The position numbers were made by a program, and so were the translations under genes. Below the pieces are notes generated by a model. It searched no databases. It was not told the DNA's origin and saw nothing but the letters and a program-made list of their open reading frames with translations. A DNA stretch of 64,000 bases from an uncultured Vampirovibrionales bacterium (GTDB lineage: Bacteria > Cyanobacteriota > Vampirovibrionia > Vampirovibrionales > Vampirovibrionaceae). Positions 47,988 to 57,845 of the stretch are shown here, one piece after another; position 1 is the first letter of the stretch; each line of letters begins with the position of its first letter. The stretch lies in contig CAYMIG010000006.1 in NCBI GenBank assembly GCA_964390635.1, positions 108,995-172,994 on the forward strand, given 5' to 3'.

Positions 47988-48671
47988 TTATTTTGCCTTG
48001 CTAATCGTGAGCAGGTACGCGGGGAGAGGACGTTCCAAATGGCATTCCTCAGCGTCGAAGGCATGGAGGTCAAGTTGTTCGAATTGATGCTCGATATGCT
48101 GCCTCTGGAGCCATTTTCGGTGGAAATTAAATGTAGGCCCACTATTAGGCTCGGCTACATACCAGGGCACCACGGCCACCAGTTTGCCACCAGGTTTTAA
48201 TTGATCGTAGGCATGTTTGATGTGGGTAATGCACTGGTTGTTACTAAAGGGTGGGTTCATTAGGATGCGATCATAGAAACCAGGTTGGTTAAGTGCCAGA
48301 AAGTCATTGCCAATTACGTTATAGCCTTTACCGCGCAGCATTTCTCTCAGTTCGGCGTCGAATTCTATCAGGCGCAGGTCGATACCAAACACTTTACGGA
48401 GCTCTTTGGCAATGTTCCCCGTTCCGGCAGAGGGTTCCAGAACCTTCATTCTGGCTTTTATACCTGCCAGAGCCATCATTCGCTGAACCACGGCTGGCGG
48501 CGTTGGGACACAGTCCTTATTTTGCTGCAATCGTGCGGGGAAGGCTGCTCTAAAGTGAAGAGATACGGCGTCAGACCCAAATGGGGTCCGGGTTGAGAGA
48601 ACGTGTGGGGGGCTCCAGGGGGCTGCAAACTGAAAATCTGAGGAAGGCCGGCGATTGAGTTGAACAGACAT
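47988..48671 (-). CDS. Class I SAM methyltransferase, N6-adenine-type (NPPF), with FG-like leader
   Basis: PTP, VLEPSAGTG, GNDFL, ILMNPPFS, LKPGGKLVAV; visibly more AT-rich than the flanks. Confidence 0.8.
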   Translation of the reverse strand: MSVQLNRRPSSDFQFAAPWSPPHVLSTRTPFGSDAVSLHFRAAFPARLQQNKDCVPTPPAVVQRMMALAGIKARMKVLEPSAGTGNIAKELRKVFGIDLRLIEFDAELREMLRGKGYNVIGNDFLALNQPGFYDRILMNPPFSNNQCITHIKHAYDQLKPGGKLVAVVPWYVAEPNSGPTFNFHRKWLQRQHIEHQFEQLDLHAFDAEECHLERPLPAYLLTISKAK

Positions 48672-48764
48672 AGCGATATCCCAGAAATCGAACTTGCACG
48701 GATGCCCGTATAAAACCGTCTTACTTGATATTGATGCTAAATGCGCTGAAGAAAGTGAATGGAG

Positions 48765-49463
48765 CTACTTTATTTGGACATTGAGGGTAAAAACCAGCGC
48801 ATGCACCACGCGGTCCGGGATGGTTTCCTGGTTCAGATAGCCGTTCATGTAACCTAGTTCCGCGTTGGCATGGTTGCCCAGCATGCGGTGGATGCCCGCA
48901 AAGGCCCGGTTCTGGTCAAATCCCGCCTGGGGGCCGTTATCCACCGAGTTGAAATTGATGAACAGCTCCTCTTGCAAGACGGCAGACCAGCGCTGCCCCT
49001 TGTCCAGGGGCAGCATCAGCCGAACCATGTGCCTGCCGCGCACGGAAGTTTCCCGGGTGTCCTGGATGAACCGTTGTTCCAGGCGGGTGCGGTTAATTAC
49101 CTTCAGCTTTTTCAATTCATGGTTCATTACCACCTGTTGGAACAGCCGGTTTTCGTTGCGATACGCCGGCACAAAAACCGGTGTCCAGGCGTAGCCCTGC
49201 CACACCGAGACCCGGGGATGCACTTGATAGCCTATGGCGGGTCGTACCAGGATGGCGCTGAAGTCTTGCCCCACGCGGGGTTGTACTTCCATATAGCCCA
49301 ACAGTTTTTTTTGGGGCTCCAGGGGTACGGTCAGGGTGACCACATCCCAGTTCTGAAAGTCCTGCGCGCGTTCCGCCGCCGGACATGACGCCATGCCAAT
49401 CCACAAACCAGCCAAGACCAGAAGCCATTGCCATCTGCGGTAGCGGATCTGTTGCATCTCCAC
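48765..49463 (-). CDS. DUF2490 outer-membrane beta-barrel protein
   Basis: Signal peptide, RPAIGY, ENRLFQQ, RTRLEQRF, GFDQNR. Confidence 0.85.
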   Translation of the reverse strand: MEMQQIRYRRWQWLLVLAGLWIGMASCPAAERAQDFQNWDVVTLTVPLEPQKKLLGYMEVQPRVGQDFSAILVRPAIGYQVHPRVSVWQGYAWTPVFVPAYRNENRLFQQVVMNHELKKLKVINRTRLEQRFIQDTRETSVRGRHMVRLMLPLDKGQRWSAVLQEELFINFNSVDNGPQAGFDQNRAFAGIHRMLGNHANAELGYMNGYLNQETIPDRVVHALVFTLNVQIK

Positions 49464-49474
49464 AGCCTCCGTGG

Positions 49475-50455
49475 TCAGACCGGAATCATCTCCATCTTGC
49501 GCTCGGCGGCTTCCAGCACTTTGACCACATTGTAGCCGTTCATGCCATCAGAACGGGGATTGTGCCCGTAACGGATACAGTTGATGAAGTGCTGGCACTC
49601 CAGCTTCAGCGGCTCAATCTCCATGTATTCCGGGTATTCCTCGATGGGGGTGGCCATGTCGTCTTTTTTGAAGATCTGCAGCTTGTTTTCGCCCTGGGTG
49701 TCGTCAATTACCGCCGAACGCTCGGTGCCCCGCACCACCAGCTTCACCTGCTTCACCGGATGCACCCAGCTGATGTGGATATGCCCGGCCACGTCGTTGG
49801 GAAACACCAGATCCAGGTGGGCGTCATCTACCAGGCCGTCTTCCCGGCTTTGGTAGCCGATGACCGAGACGATATCCTCCGGCTCCTGGTCAATCAGGTA
49901 GGCCAGCATGGACACGTCGTGCGGCGCCAAATCCCAGATGACGCTTTTGTCCGGGCGAAGCTTGTTGGTGTTCAGGCGGTCGCTGGCCACGCTCTTGATC
50001 TGTCCCAGGTAGCCCTCCTGAATTAGCTGGCGCAGGCGGTTGATGGCCGGATGATACAGCAGCAGGTGCCCCACCATCAGCACACGGCCCAGGTCGTTGG
50101 CCAGGTTGTAGAGCTCCAGGGTTTGTTCCGAGCTGGTGGCCACCGGCTTTTCCACGTAGACGTGCTTGCCGTTCAGGAGCGCCTCCCGGGCCAACGGGTA
50201 ATGGGTGTGGCTGGGCGTGGAAATAACCACCCCGTCAATAAAAGGGTCGGTAAAAATGTCCTCGAAGCGGTTGGTGACCTTCACCCGGTACTGGCGCTGC
50301 ATGTCCTTCAGCGCCTCCACGTTCAGGTCGCAGATGGCGTAGAGAAAGCCCAGGTTGTGGAAGTTGCGCACCAGGTTGCGTCCCCAGTTGCCGCAGCCGA
50401 TGACGGCAATCTTTTCCTGGGGCGGATTGTCCAGTTCGTCAAAAGGCAGGCTCAT
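49475..50455 (-). CDS. Gfo/Idh/MocA oxidoreductase
   Basis: GCGNWG, HVYVEKP, MVGH, WDLAPHD. Confidence 0.9.
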   Translation of the reverse strand: MSLPFDELDNPPQEKIAVIGCGNWGRNLVRNFHNLGFLYAICDLNVEALKDMQRQYRVKVTNRFEDIFTDPFIDGVVISTPSHTHYPLAREALLNGKHVYVEKPVATSSEQTLELYNLANDLGRVLMVGHLLLYHPAINRLRQLIQEGYLGQIKSVASDRLNTNKLRPDKSVIWDLAPHDVSMLAYLIDQEPEDIVSVIGYQSREDGLVDDAHLDLVFPNDVAGHIHISWVHPVKQVKLVVRGTERSAVIDDTQGENKLQIFKKDDMATPIEEYPEYMEIEPLKLECQHFINCIRYGHNPRSDGMNGYNVVKVLEAAERKMEMIPV

Positions 50456-50555
50456 TGGAATCCGTTTTTTTGGGGTGGCTTTCGCTACAATAAAACAAGA
50501 ATACCACGCCCATGGGCACCATACCCCGAGCCGGCCCGATTAGAAAGCCCCCGTG

Positions 50556-51686
50556 ATGAAATCGTTACGCAACCTGCCGATGCAAACCCGGCGCGACGCC
50601 TGGGTGGAAGTAAACCTGGACGCCATCGAAGGCAACGCGCGGGCCTTTCGGCGCCAAGTGCCCGCCCATGTAGACCTGATGGCCATTGTCAAGGCCGATG
50701 CCTACGGGCATGGAGCGGTGATGGTGCTGCCCACGCTGGAGGCGTCCGGGGTTTCCATGGCCGGGGTGGCAGCCATCGACGAGGCCATCCACATTCGGGA
50801 GGCCGGTATTAAGCTGCCGGTGCTGGTTATTGGTACGGTGCCGGACTGGGCGGTACAGACGGCGGCCAACTATGATATCCAGCTTACCGTGTTCGACCGC
50901 CACCACCTGTTTAGCCTTGAAAAAGCCTTCCCGCTGACCCGCAAGCCGGTCAAAGTGCACATTAAAGTGGATACCGGCATGCACCGCATCGGTATCGGCT
51001 GGGAGCAGGCCGCCGAATTCATCCGCCACTGCCAGGCACTGGAGTATATCCAGGTGGAAGGCATTTTCAGCCACCTGGCCGACAGCCACGACGAGGCCCT
51101 GACCCGCCAGCAACTGGCCCGCTGGCAGGCGGTGTGCCGACAAGTTGAGCTCCTGCCCCGCTACGTGCACATTGGCAATACGGGTTATGCGGCCCTGGGC
51201 TATGGGTTTGAAACCCCCAACAACCTGCTTCGCCTTGGCTATGCCTTCTATGGCTACGAGGCGCTGGCGGGGTGTCCGCTGAAGCCGGCCATGTCGCTGA
51301 AAGCCCGTATCATGCACATCCAGGATGTGCCGCCCGGCACCGGTATCAGCTACGGCCATACCTACCATACCCCGGCGGATCGCCCCACCCGCATCGCCAC
51401 CCTGCCCCTGGGCTATGCCGACGGCATTCCCCGCGTGCTCTCCAACCGTATCGAGGGCTTGCTGGGCGGGGTGCGCATCCCGCAGGTGGGCACCATCACC
51501 ATGGATCAGGTCATGTTCGATATCACCGCCTGTCCGCAGGCGGCCATTGGCGACACCATCACCCTGATCGGCGAGGACGGCGGCCAGGCCATCTGGCTGG
51601 ACGACTGGGCCGGCAAGGCCCAAACCATTCCCTACGAGTTGATGTGCGCCTTGCGGGTGCGCCTGCCCAAAACCTACACCCGCTGA
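50556..51686 (+). CDS. alr: Alanine racemase
   Basis: VKADAYGHG, KVDTGMHRIG, SYG, GYADG, TMDQ, TIPYE. Confidence 0.97.
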   Translation: MKSLRNLPMQTRRDAWVEVNLDAIEGNARAFRRQVPAHVDLMAIVKADAYGHGAVMVLPTLEASGVSMAGVAAIDEAIHIREAGIKLPVLVIGTVPDWAVQTAANYDIQLTVFDRHHLFSLEKAFPLTRKPVKVHIKVDTGMHRIGIGWEQAAEFIRHCQALEYIQVEGIFSHLADSHDEALTRQQLARWQAVCRQVELLPRYVHIGNTGYAALGYGFETPNNLLRLGYAFYGYEALAGCPLKPAMSLKARIMHIQDVPPGTGISYGHTYHTPADRPTRIATLPLGYADGIPRVLSNRIEGLLGGVRIPQVGTITMDQVMFDITACPQAAIGDTITLIGEDGGQAIWLDDWAGKAQTIPYELMCALRVRLPKTYTR

Positions 51687-51691
51687 AGCGG

Positions 51692-51703
51692 TACAATGGG
51701 AGT
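51692..51703 (+). promoter_or_regulatory. -10 box 6 nt before the oppB ATG (leaderless)
   Basis: TACAAT-GGGAGT-ATG just after the alr stop. Confidence 0.55.
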
Positions 51704-52630
51704 ATGCCTGGATTCATCTTCAAACGATTGCTGGGGGCGGCGCTGACCCTGTTTGCGGTCATCAGCCTGACTTTCGTGCTGCTGCGCGTCATGCCCGGCG
51801 GGCCGTTCGACCAGGAGCGCCAGTTGCCCCCCGCCATCAAGGCCAACATCGAGGCCCGCTATCATTTGGATCAGCCGTTGTTCCGGCAGTACCTCATCTA
51901 CATGGGTGGTATCCTGCGCGGCGATCTGGGCCCCTCTTTCAAGTTCAAGTCCCGCTCGGTGAATGACATCGTGGCGGAGGCCACCCGCACATCCGTCATC
52001 CTGGGCGGCATGGCCCTGGCCATTGGGGTGTTCCTGGGCATTCTGCTGGGCGCGGTGGCGGGGCTCAGCCGAAACCGCTTTGTGGATGCCCTGCTTTCAG
52101 TGGTGGGGGTGGCCAGCATTTCCACGCCGCTGTTTATCTTTGGCGGCCTGCTGGTACTGGTGTTCGCCCTCTGGCTGAATGTGTTGCCCGCCGCCACGCT
52201 GGAGAGCCCCCGCCATTATGTTTTGCCGGTGTTGTCGCTGTCCCTGATGCCCTTTGCCTATGCCTTTATGCTGATTCGCAGCGCGGTAAAAGAAACCCGC
52301 AGCAAAAGCTTCGTGCTGATCAAGCGCAGTGCGGGCCTGCCGGAGCCGGTGATTGCCCTGCGCCACATTCTGCGGAACTCTCTTTTGCCGCTGGTTTCCG
52401 TTCTGGGCCCGGTGGCGGCGGCGGTAATAACGGGCTCTTTCGCGGTGGAGTATATCTTTGCGGTTCCCGGGCTGGGGCGGCATTTTGTCACAGCGGTCAC
52501 CAACCGGGACTACACCCTGGTGATGGGCATCACCATTGTGTATAGCGTGGCCTTGATTGTCTTCAACATGCTCACCGATATTGCTTACGGCCTGCTCGAT
52601 CCCCGCCTGCGGGAAGGGGCCAAGGCATGA
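51704..52630 (+). CDS. oppB: Oligopeptide ABC transporter permease
   Basis: MPGGPF, GDLGPSF, HILRNSL, EYIFAVPGLG, NRDY, LLDPR. Confidence 0.88.
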   Translation: MPGFIFKRLLGAALTLFAVISLTFVLLRVMPGGPFDQERQLPPAIKANIEARYHLDQPLFRQYLIYMGGILRGDLGPSFKFKSRSVNDIVAEATRTSVILGGMALAIGVFLGILLGAVAGLSRNRFVDALLSVVGVASISTPLFIFGGLLVLVFALWLNVLPAATLESPRHYVLPVLSLSLMPFAYAFMLIRSAVKETRSKSFVLIKRSAGLPEPVIALRHILRNSLLPLVSVLGPVAAAVITGSFAVEYIFAVPGLGRHFVTAVTNRDYTLVMGITIVYSVALIVFNMLTDIAYGLLDPRLREGAKA

Positions 52631-53484
52631 GCGGGGTCTGTGGGAGGCGGGCCGCGTCGAAACATTCACCTGGGCTGCTTTTTAGCCTGGGGATACTGCT
52701 GGTGGTGCTGGGCTTGGCGCTGCTGGGGCCTTGGCTGGGCCCGGATCCCACGCTCATTCGCCCCGACTTGCCCACCCTTTCGCCCTGGCCCCTCACCCCC
52801 CTGAGCGCTCAGCACTGGTTCGGCACCGATGACCTGGGCCGCGATCTGTTCAGCCGGGTAGCGGTGGGTGCCCGTATTTCGCTGCTGATTGGCCTGGCCA
52901 CGGCGGGGGTTTCGGTTATTATTGGGACGCTTTACGGGATTGCCGCGGCCATGTCCGAGGGACGCCCGCTGGATAACCTGTTGATGCGCCTGATCGACAT
53001 CATCTATTCGCTGCCGGGCCTGATGATTGTCATTCTGTTCAGCGTGTTCCTGGGCCGCAGCGTGCTTAGCCTGGTGCTGGCTCTGTCCCTGTTCAGCTGG
53101 CCGGATACGGCCCGCATCATCCGGGGGCAGATCCTGTTCCTGTGTCGGGAGGAGTTTATTGAGGCCTATCACAGCCTGGGGGGCTCGTGGCAGGGCTTGG
53201 TTATCCGGCATTTCCTGCCCAACCTGTCCGGCATGATGGTGTTGACCGCGACCATTACGGTGCCGCGGGCCATCCTGACCGAATCCACGCTCAGCTTCAT
53301 CGGGCTGGGGGTGGAGCCGCCGCTATCCAGCTGGGGAACCCTGGCCAGCGAGGGCTGGCAGCTGGTACGGGTCGCGCCCCATATGTTGTTGTTCCCGGCC
53401 CTGATGATTTTTGTCACCATGGTGGCCCTGAATTTGCTGGGTGAAGCCCTGCGGGAGCATTTCGATCCCCGAAGTGCCCTGTAG
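52627..53484 (+). CDS. oppC: Oligopeptide ABC transporter permease
   Basis: HWFGTDDLGRD, ARIIRGQ, RHFLPN, ESTLSFIGLG, SWG. Confidence 0.88.
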   Translation: MSGVCGRRAASKHSPGLLFSLGILLVVLGLALLGPWLGPDPTLIRPDLPTLSPWPLTPLSAQHWFGTDDLGRDLFSRVAVGARISLLIGLATAGVSVIIGTLYGIAAAMSEGRPLDNLLMRLIDIIYSLPGLMIVILFSVFLGRSVLSLVLALSLFSWPDTARIIRGQILFLCREEFIEAYHSLGGSWQGLVIRHFLPNLSGMMVLTATITVPRAILTESTLSFIGLGVEPPLSSWGTLASEGWQLVRVAPHMLLFPALMIFVTMVALNLLGEALREHFDPRSAL

Positions 53485-53563
53485 CCGCCAAAAAATCCCG
53501 CTGGCACAAAAGGGCCTTGAAGGGTTTTTATGCGACGTGGTTTTTTTTGGAGTGAGTAGCGCC

Positions 53564-53881
53564 ATGACGGCGATTAGACCTAATTTTAGCGCAGCAGGCC
53601 CGTTGCGGGCCCCGGTTTCCCCGGTTCATGCCCCCGTGGGGACGAATGCCCCGGATGAACTCCGCTTTGGCCGCAACGGTCAGCGGGAAGGCCTGGTGGG
53701 GCGGCGTCGACACGACGGTAGCGTGGAGTGGGTTCCGGCCAGCCAGGCCATGCGCGATCAACAACGGTTGAGCCGGTGGGACAGCGGCAAGCGAGGCGGC
53801 GGCGGCAGCGGCGGCGATGACGAAGATCCGTTTATCAAGGCCATCAAGGAGTTGCTGGCTAAAGTCGGTATCCACTTGTAG
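53564..53881 (+). CDS. Small hypothetical protein with DELRFG leader
   Basis: GGAG SD; Pro-rich leader, Gly-rich stretch, amphipathic C-terminal helix. Confidence 0.6.
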   Translation: MTAIRPNFSAAGPLRAPVSPVHAPVGTNAPDELRFGRNGQREGLVGRRRHDGSVEWVPASQAMRDQQRLSRWDSGKRGGGGSGGDDEDPFIKAIKELLAKVGIHL

Positions 53882-53962
53882 AAAGAGGTATTACCCAACA
53901 GGGATACCGGCAATGGATGGGTTTTTCCATGCAATCGCACGTATTGCAGGTTGTAGTCGAAC

Positions 53963-54253
53963 TTAGTTTTTCTGGTCGGTGACCGTAATGAGGTGCCAGC
54001 CGAACTGGGTCTGGATCGGCTCGGACAGCTCGCCTACCGGCAGGGAAAAGGCGGCATTCTCAAACGGGGCTACCATCCGGCCCCGGGTGAAGTAGCCCAG
54101 ATCTCCGCCTTGCGAACCCGACGGGCACTTCGATACTTCCTTGGCCACCTGGGCAAAGCTTTTGCCGGCCAGAATCTCTTCGCGGCACTGCTCGGCTTGC
54201 TCCTTGCTGTCCACCAGCAGGTGGCTGGCGCGCACTTCAAACGGCTCGTTCAC
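53963..54253 (-). CDS. ppiC: Parvulin-type peptidyl-prolyl isomerase
   Basis: ASHLLV, SKCPS, GGDLG.F, TQFGWHLI; GTG start after AGAGGA. Confidence 0.9.
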   Translation of the reverse strand: MNEPFEVRASHLLVDSKEQAEQCREEILAGKSFAQVAKEVSKCPSGSQGGDLGYFTRGRMVAPFENAAFSLPVGELSEPIQTQFGWHLITVTDQKN

Positions 54254-54370
54254 GTTGGATTTCCTCTTGTTGCTGCGACCGGGCCGGTAGAACAGGCCCT
54301 TGATAATCTGCAGAATCATGGCGCTCTCCTGATTCCTTGCCCCAGACTATGCGCCAGGCAGGCGGCCAAG

Positions 54371-55090
54371 TCAAGCCTTGCGCCCAGATCGGCCCCCGGG
54401 CGCAGGGTGTTTGCCAGGCGGGGATGCCTGCTCAAAATCCCGATCCCAGGCTTGCAAGCCGTCGTTGCCGTGGGTAGTGGGGCCATGGACGCTGGGACTT
54501 TCCTGGGCGTGGATTTCCCCCAGCGTTCGTCCGCTGAGCGTGGAGGTGTTTTGTCGGCGGATATCCTCGTTGCGGGCGGCGTCATCCGGGTGTTTGATGA
54601 GCAGCCAGCGGTTGTCCCGGCTATCGGTTTGCCGATGCTTCAGCCTGACCAGGGAGAATGCGCCCCGCAGCTTTTGGCCGTTCAGAAACAGGCGAACATG
54701 GCCTGTGGTCAAGCCCTCCCGCAGTGCCCGTTCACTTTCCGCCCGGCTGCCGTCGGGGGCGGTGGCGTAGGTACCCGCATCCCACACCATCACCGTGCCC
54801 GCGCCGTAGTTGCCCTCGGGAATTACCCCCTCGAAGGTGCGGTAGTCCAGGGGATGGTCTTCCACCTGCAAGGCCAGCCTGCGATCCCGCGGGTTCAGGG
54901 AGGGCCCCTTGGGCACGGCCCAGCTTTTCAGCACCCCGTCCAGCTCCAGGCGGAAGTCATAGTGCAGGTGGCTGGCCGCATGCTTTTGCACCACAAAATT
55001 CAGCCCGGCATGCGGGGCGGGGGCGCCTTTTCCTTCGGGCTCCGGGGTTTTGTCAAACCGCCGCCTGGCCTGGTATTCCGTCAGTCCCAT
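54371..55090 (-). CDS. Stand-alone LigD 3'-phosphoesterase domain protein
   Basis: Y..RR.F.KTPEP, FVVQKHAASHLHYDFRLE, SWAVPKGP, EDHPLDY, YGAG.V..WD.G. Confidence 0.9.
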   Translation of the reverse strand: MGLTEYQARRRFDKTPEPEGKGAPAPHAGLNFVVQKHAASHLHYDFRLELDGVLKSWAVPKGPSLNPRDRRLALQVEDHPLDYRTFEGVIPEGNYGAGTVMVWDAGTYATAPDGSRAESERALREGLTTGHVRLFLNGQKLRGAFSLVRLKHRQTDSRDNRWLLIKHPDDAARNEDIRRQNTSTLSGRTLGEIHAQESPSVHGPTTHGNDGLQAWDRDFEQASPPGKHPAPGGRSGRKA

Positions 55091-55305
55091 AGGGCACCAA
55101 TCTCCATGTCGGGTGGGTGCCCTTTATGCTAAAGGGCCCGCGCCCTCTTGCCATCGCTCGGGCGGCTAATGCCGCATGCCCGGGTGGCGGCGCATCCGCT
55201 GTAACAAACCGAACGATCATGGCTGGCAACGCCCGGGGCAATGCGCTAGCATGAGGACAGTCCGGTTTTTTGGTTTCCGAAGGTAAGCAGAGAGCCGCCC
55301 ACCGC

Positions 55306-55563
55306 GTGAATTTTCCATGCCCCCGATGTGCCGGCCCCGCCGCCGCTGGCGATACCTATTGCAAGGCGTGCGGCATGTTTTTTGCCTCCGCCCTGGGCGG
55401 GCAATCGGTTGGGTTGCCCGGACTGAACACGCTGTCGGGCAGACACCTGGAAATTCTGCAAATCATCTTTTTATGCCTGCTGTTTGGGGCCCTTGCGTGT
55501 ATTTATTTCAATCCCGGCCTTCTGGAGCCTGCTTGGCAGGCGAGCCATGAGGCGGGGAGGTAA
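55306..55563 (+). CDS. Small zinc-ribbon membrane protein
   Basis: CPRC...CKACG followed by one TM. Confidence 0.55.
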   Translation: MNFPCPRCAGPAAAGDTYCKACGMFFASALGGQSVGLPGLNTLSGRHLEILQIIFLCLLFGALACIYFNPGLLEPAWQASHEAGR

Positions 55564-56235
55564 TCAACCGGCCAGCATGGCCAGGGCGGCCAGCCAGGGC
55601 TTTCGGCCTACCCGCCTTTTTCCGGCCAGCACGCCTGCCACCAGCGGGTCGGCGGTTTTGGGAACCTTGGGCCGGGGTGGGTGATTCAGGTGACGGGCCA
55701 ATTGCTGCTGCAAGGCCGAGGGGGCCCGGGGCGGAAAAACCAGGCTGATTGCAATTTGGCAGCCTTTTAGCTCACGCTGCGTTCCCTCGGCCCAGGTCCA
55801 CAGGGCGCCCTGGGTGGCGCTGAACGGGGCCAGCCCGGGCAGGCCCAGCCGTCCGTTCTGCCCCAGCAGCACGCCCAGCCGGCCTCGGCCTTCCACCCGC
55901 ATGCGGGTGATTATGGTTTCCAGCAGCTGGATGCCGTGGATGACGTTGACTGTGACCATACCGGCAAAGTCGCTTTCATCAAGGCAGGCCGCGCAGTGAA
56001 ACGCCGCGCCAGGTGTGGGTAAAGCCTCCAGGGCCTGCCAGTCGGGCCGGGCCAAATCGAATGGCTGCCAGCGAAGTGAGTGACCCTGTGCCTCTGCCCA
56101 TTGCATCAGGGCCAGGGGTTCGGTTCGGCTGAGAGCTATTACCTGCCAGCCACGCCGCAGCAGGGCCAGGATAATCTTCCGTCCCCAAAAACCGCTGGCG
56201 CCTGAAACCCAGGCGATCTGAACCGGGGCGCTCAC
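55564..56235 (-). CDS. SDR-fold protein with atypical catalytic motif
   Basis: SGASGFWG Rossmann motif; PFSATQ in place of YxxxK; GTG overlaps the upstream TGA. Confidence 0.75.
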   Translation of the reverse strand: MSAPVQIAWVSGASGFWGRKIILALLRRGWQVIALSRTEPLALMQWAEAQGHSLRWQPFDLARPDWQALEALPTPGAAFHCAACLDESDFAGMVTVNVIHGIQLLETIITRMRVEGRGRLGVLLGQNGRLGLPGLAPFSATQGALWTWAEGTQRELKGCQIAISLVFPPRAPSALQQQLARHLNHPPRPKVPKTADPLVAGVLAGKRRVGRKPWLAALAMLAG

Positions 56236-56996
56236 GGCGAAACGAACGCCTCGATGCGGGAGAAAACCTGCTCGCGTTCCACGTCCAGGCAAATCACATG
56301 ATCCGAATCGCTGAGCCAGCAAATTTCCTTGGGGGCCGGGAGTTTTTCCGCCAGGATATCCACGCTGGTGGGGCAAACCACCGAATCTTTCCGGGAATGG
56401 ATAATCAGGGTGGGTGCTTGCACCCGGTCCATTTCGGTGTGTACCAGGTCAATCAGCTCCAGGGCGCTTTTAACCGCCCCGATATTGAAGGTACGGAAGT
56501 AGGCCGCCTCGTGCGCCATGGCAACCATGTCCGGATCGTTGATGGGCAGCTTTATCCGGGGAATGTCCGGCACCAGGTGGCCGATTGCGCGCACGTAGGT
56601 TTCTGGCTGGGCTCCAAAGTACCACTCGTGGCGTACCTTCAGGAAGGGGGCCAGCAGCACCTGGCGGTGTACCGGGTAATGGGCGGCCAGGTGCAGGCCC
56701 AGCAGGCAGCCGGTGGAAAAGCCCACCACGCTGACGTGGGCGTGCTCTTCGGCCAGGTGGCGGTATTCTTGCTCCACATGGGCATACCAGTCCTCCCAGC
56801 GCGAAACCGGCATGCGGGGGGCCGGCGTGTCGTGGCCGGGATAATTGATGCCCTTTACCGAGTAGCCCAGCGCATGCAGGCGATCCCCAATCAGTGACAT
56901 CTCGTAAACCCCACCCCCCAGGCCATGCAGCAGGAGGAAGGCATGATCGTCCCGCTCGGTGGCTTTGCGATAAAAGGGCTGGTTGCTCAGCGCCAT
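56232..56996 (-). CDS. Alpha/beta hydrolase (carboxylesterase/lysophospholipase-like)
   Basis: LLHGLGG, GFSTG nucleophile elbow, D in SRKDSVV, H in SDHVI. Confidence 0.88.
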   Translation of the reverse strand: MALSNQPFYRKATERDDHAFLLLHGLGGGVYEMSLIGDRLHALGYSVKGINYPGHDTPAPRMPVSRWEDWYAHVEQEYRHLAEEHAHVSVVGFSTGCLLGLHLAAHYPVHRQVLLAPFLKVRHEWYFGAQPETYVRAIGHLVPDIPRIKLPINDPDMVAMAHEAAYFRTFNIGAVKSALELIDLVHTEMDRVQAPTLIIHSRKDSVVCPTSVDILAEKLPAPKEICWLSDSDHVICLDVEREQVFSRIEAFVSP

Positions 56997-57814
56997 GGCA
57001 GGCTCTCCTCCCGGCGCAGCAGGGTGCCGACGGCAAAATACTGGTTGCGCTCCAGGGTTTCCAGGCTCCACCCCAGTTCGTCGGCCCATTCAACCAGGGT
57101 TTCGGCGCGGCGCGGCACCAGTTCCCAGGCTTGTTTGTGCAAATCGACCATAGTTTCCTTCAGCAGGCGTAAATCCGGGTGGTGTTCCTGGATGGTAAAG
57201 ACCCACCGGGCACCGGGGCGGGTAATGGCGGAGCCGTTGGCCAGCACCGTCCGGATATCTTCGTTCCTGGTCAGGATATCGAAAAATCCGGAGGAAACTA
57301 TAATATCCGCCCTTTGCGTGGCCAGCCTCCCCCGGTCGAAGGCATCGCTGGGCGCAAACCGAATATCGGTGCGGCCCAGGCGGCGGGCTTTGGTTTCTCC
57401 CAGGCGCACGGCTTCCGGTTCAAAGTCGCCGGCTACCAACTGGGCTTCCCCGGCCTCCAAAGCAAAGAGATAGGAGCCTACCCCCGCTGCCAGGTCAAAC
57501 ACCACGGGCTGCTCGTAGCGGGCAACGGCTTGCCTAAGTTGCCCTATCAGCATGTGTCGCCGGGAGCGCACCCCCTCCCACACCGGGTGGGCCAGGAAAT
57601 GGCGGTCGATGAGGCGCCCCAGCGGGGTAATGCCTTGGGGACGGTTCTGGTAGACATACTCTAGCATCACCCCCGAATCGAAGCCCGTGCGCCAGCCCAG
57701 GCGGATGCCATGGCTCAGGCGGCCCACCGTTTGCAGGGCCAGTTTCATCAAGGGGTATTTCAGGCGGAAGCCTGGGGTGGCTAAAAAAGGGTCGGGGTGG
57801 CATGGGGCGGCCAT
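56987..57814 (-). CDS. SAM-dependent methyltransferase resembling the YnbC C-terminal domain
   Basis: GIRLGWRTGFDSG..LEYVYQN.PQG, DLAAGVG.Y, DAFD, IVSSGFFD. Confidence 0.8.
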   Translation of the reverse strand: MAAPCHPDPFLATPGFRLKYPLMKLALQTVGRLSHGIRLGWRTGFDSGVMLEYVYQNRPQGITPLGRLIDRHFLAHPVWEGVRSRRHMLIGQLRQAVARYEQPVVFDLAAGVGSYLFALEAGEAQLVAGDFEPEAVRLGETKARRLGRTDIRFAPSDAFDRGRLATQRADIIVSSGFFDILTRNEDIRTVLANGSAITRPGARWVFTIQEHHPDLRLLKETMVDLHKQAWELVPRRAETLVEWADELGWSLETLERNQYFAVGTLLRREESLPWR

Positions 57815-57845
57815 TAGTGGGACTCCTGTTGCTGATGATCGGATC

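Noticed and set aside
51272-51703. N-terminal extension of OppB overlapping alr
   Set aside because: Alternate-frame read-through; permease homology starts at ATG 51704.
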